From positions 2,666,001 to 2,730,000 of the forward strand of contig JAYWIR010000023.1 in assembly GCA_036172245.1 (NCBI GenBank): a stretch of DNA of 64,000 bases, read 5' to 3'. The DNA comes from Raillietiella orientalis. Taxonomy: Eukaryota. Under the pieces are notes generated by a model. That model saw only the letters and a list, made by a program, of their open reading frames with translations, made no database searches and was not told where the DNA came from. Shown piece after piece: positions 62,001-64,000 of the stretch (its first letter is position 1; each line of letters begins with the position of its first letter). A program made the translations under genes and the position numbers.

Positions 62001-64000
62001 CAGATTGAGTTTGGTGCTACTTCACTTATGGCTACGCTTGCTTTGCACTGCTTGCTTTTTTTTTTTTTGTAGAACGGATGCTGTTTATGATACCTTTTTC
62101 CAAGGCATTTCTGGTTTAATCAGTTCTCTGAGTGGAGAGCAAAGGGGAAACCATCTGTAGAAACGAGCCCTTCATCAAACTTTTATTGCAACAGATTGAT
62201 TACTGCTCTTGCAATGTCTGCTCTATCTTGTGGGAACCATGCTTCTATATTTTAGCAGCACATAAAAGGTGTTTTTTTTTTTTCTTCCATTTTACGAGGC
62301 TCGTAAGGCAAGAACTGCTCCAATATCTCTGCAAAGTCTTTCGCTCACCGCGGTGGTCATTACCATCTTAACTTGGAGAATTCTCCTAGATAGGATGATT
62401 GATACAGCGTGCTTAACCACTGTACCAGAGAATGATACGGATTGGGACGTTTTTCTAAATATCTTACGATTCTTTTTTGGAACACATGCCACAGATAGGT
62501 TCGTTTGTTTTGCTGACCATATCAAAATGTGCTCACATGCATGCTGTGAGTTTTATGGCATTTCGTTTTCTTATATATCTAGAAAGGTTTTTTTCAGTAA
62601 GACAAGGGGTTACTCGAGCCTGGAAGTTCCAATTGAAGCGAAATGTATATTGTACGGAAAACAGCCGAGATTTCTTGCTCTCTCAAACACGTGTTCGATC
62701 AACGTTTGCATCTGATGAAAGATTTTCGAAATGTTTTGAGACATTGGTTCATTAGTGGTGCTTATCGCCGCAGCTGCGACGAAATGACCACGTTAATGAG
62801 GCTCATCTCATGTATATTCTCAAATATGAAAGCTCCTCACATTCCTCAGATTATTTCTCAAGGAACCATTGTACTTTTTGAGGAAGTTTTCTCGTGACAA
62901 TTGGGTGGATTGCAACTCATTCGTGCTTGAAATAAATGTGATATCGAAAAATATGCTTATTATGTACATTAGAGGAAACACCATCTTCAAACGGGAAAAA
63001 GAAACTACTGTGTGGAGAGCTGCCGTCTCTCGATTGCAGCATAATTGTAATCATCTACACTAGCACATCATTGCACATCATACGGTGCTATGGTAGTATC
63101 ATTTAGTACATAAATACAGGATTATTTCATTGTTATTACTAGTTACTAAGTAAGCAATTAGCCCAATTCACACTCGAAATAATGCAAAAATTTAAACACG
63201 TTAGTCTTCATTATGAATTCTGGTGATGAGAGAAAGAATGACAAGTGGAAATCTGTAGCCTTATAAGAAAAATGTTCTAGCTTCGGATACTAAACAAGCT
63301 GACTAAAAAAACAAGAATTCTAATATTGACTTCCATGAATACTTTAAAGCCCAGAGTTATGAATTTACACAGACATACACATAATTTTGAATTTGAAACG
63401 CTAAACCCAAGTTCCAAATGTGAAAATGCGGCATAATTAACCGGATCTTCTTCGAATGTCCGAAACAAAAAATTATATTACAACAGGATAAGAAATCGTA
63501 ATGTGAAAGGAATGAAAAGCAAGCATAAGATTGCTAAAAAAAAATAGCACATAAAAAGCCTCTTACGTACTTTGAAGAATGATCATGCACCACAACATTT
63601 GCTTATATTAATTCTATATATTGTTTTCCATTGGAAATATTTTCAAATGAAAATAAGCAAAGAATTATTGTTGAATCCATAATGGAGTGAGATTTCTGTA
63701 GAGTTTGTGATATCAGAATTAGCAAGAGAAATAGAAAATAAGAAAGACAGTTTCGTTGAGCTTCATCAGGCCACGGAAAGTTTTAGATTACTATTATCTA
63801 AAATACATTCCATGGAGCCGCATGGAATCTATATAGAGAGATCATCTGACTCTTGTTAGAGAAATGAAAATGTCAGTACGTTGTTTATTCGGAATCAGAG
63901 CTATTACAAAAAAATAATAATTAAGTGGATCCTTATTTCGAACATCGAATAATATTTGTGTATTGTTTTGTATAATATACGTTACGAAACTGAAGGGAGG

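Noticed and set aside
63200..63900. Possible host exon(s) EFVISELAREIENKKDSFVELHQ...
   Set aside because: Flanked by stops; NVKGM, NGVRFL and KDSF motifs suggest a decayed LINE endonuclease, but too weak to call.
1..64000. CRISPR arrays, rRNA, snRNA (U2 target of Utopia), operon-like prokaryotic systems
   Set aside because: No regularly spaced repeat-spacer array or recognisable rRNA/snRNA seen; the genes are intron-containing eukaryotic genes.

Overview
Eukaryotic (metazoan, probably arthropod-like invertebrate) genomic DNA, not prokaryotic. Two spliced protein-coding genes can be built by hand with consistent splice phases, both on the + strand. The first is a compact ABHD16A/BAT5-type lipase (9 exons, 4338-6509, 527 aa, introns 38-152 nt, CpG-depleted body). 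The second is a long-intron Golgi carbohydrate sulfotransferase of the CHST1/2/4/5/6 (Gal/GlcNAc-6-O-sulfotransferase) type (7-8 exons, 20509-37057, about 399-418 aa, CpG-rich). Most of the remainder is a graveyard of decayed retroelements, recognised from residual motifs: RTE, L1/Tx1, I/Nimb and CR1/L2 LINEs, three restriction-like-endonuclease (REL) lineages (R4-, HERO- and Utopia/NeSL-like) and a Ty3/gypsy gag-protease remnant. There are also two terminal-inverted-repeat (TIR) elements. The most interesting non-standard objects are (i) a ~1 kb modular tRNA-headed SINE-like family present twice, each copy flanked by a target-site duplication (TSD) and inserted co-directionally into an RTE LINE ORF, and (ii) a young 139-bp-TIR element whose interior carries an old, internally deleted R4-like retrotransposon. 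I found no convincing evidence of a wholly new multi-gene system. Most ORFs in the supplied track are spurious or retroelement debris. All family assignments are motif recognition by eye, not database results.
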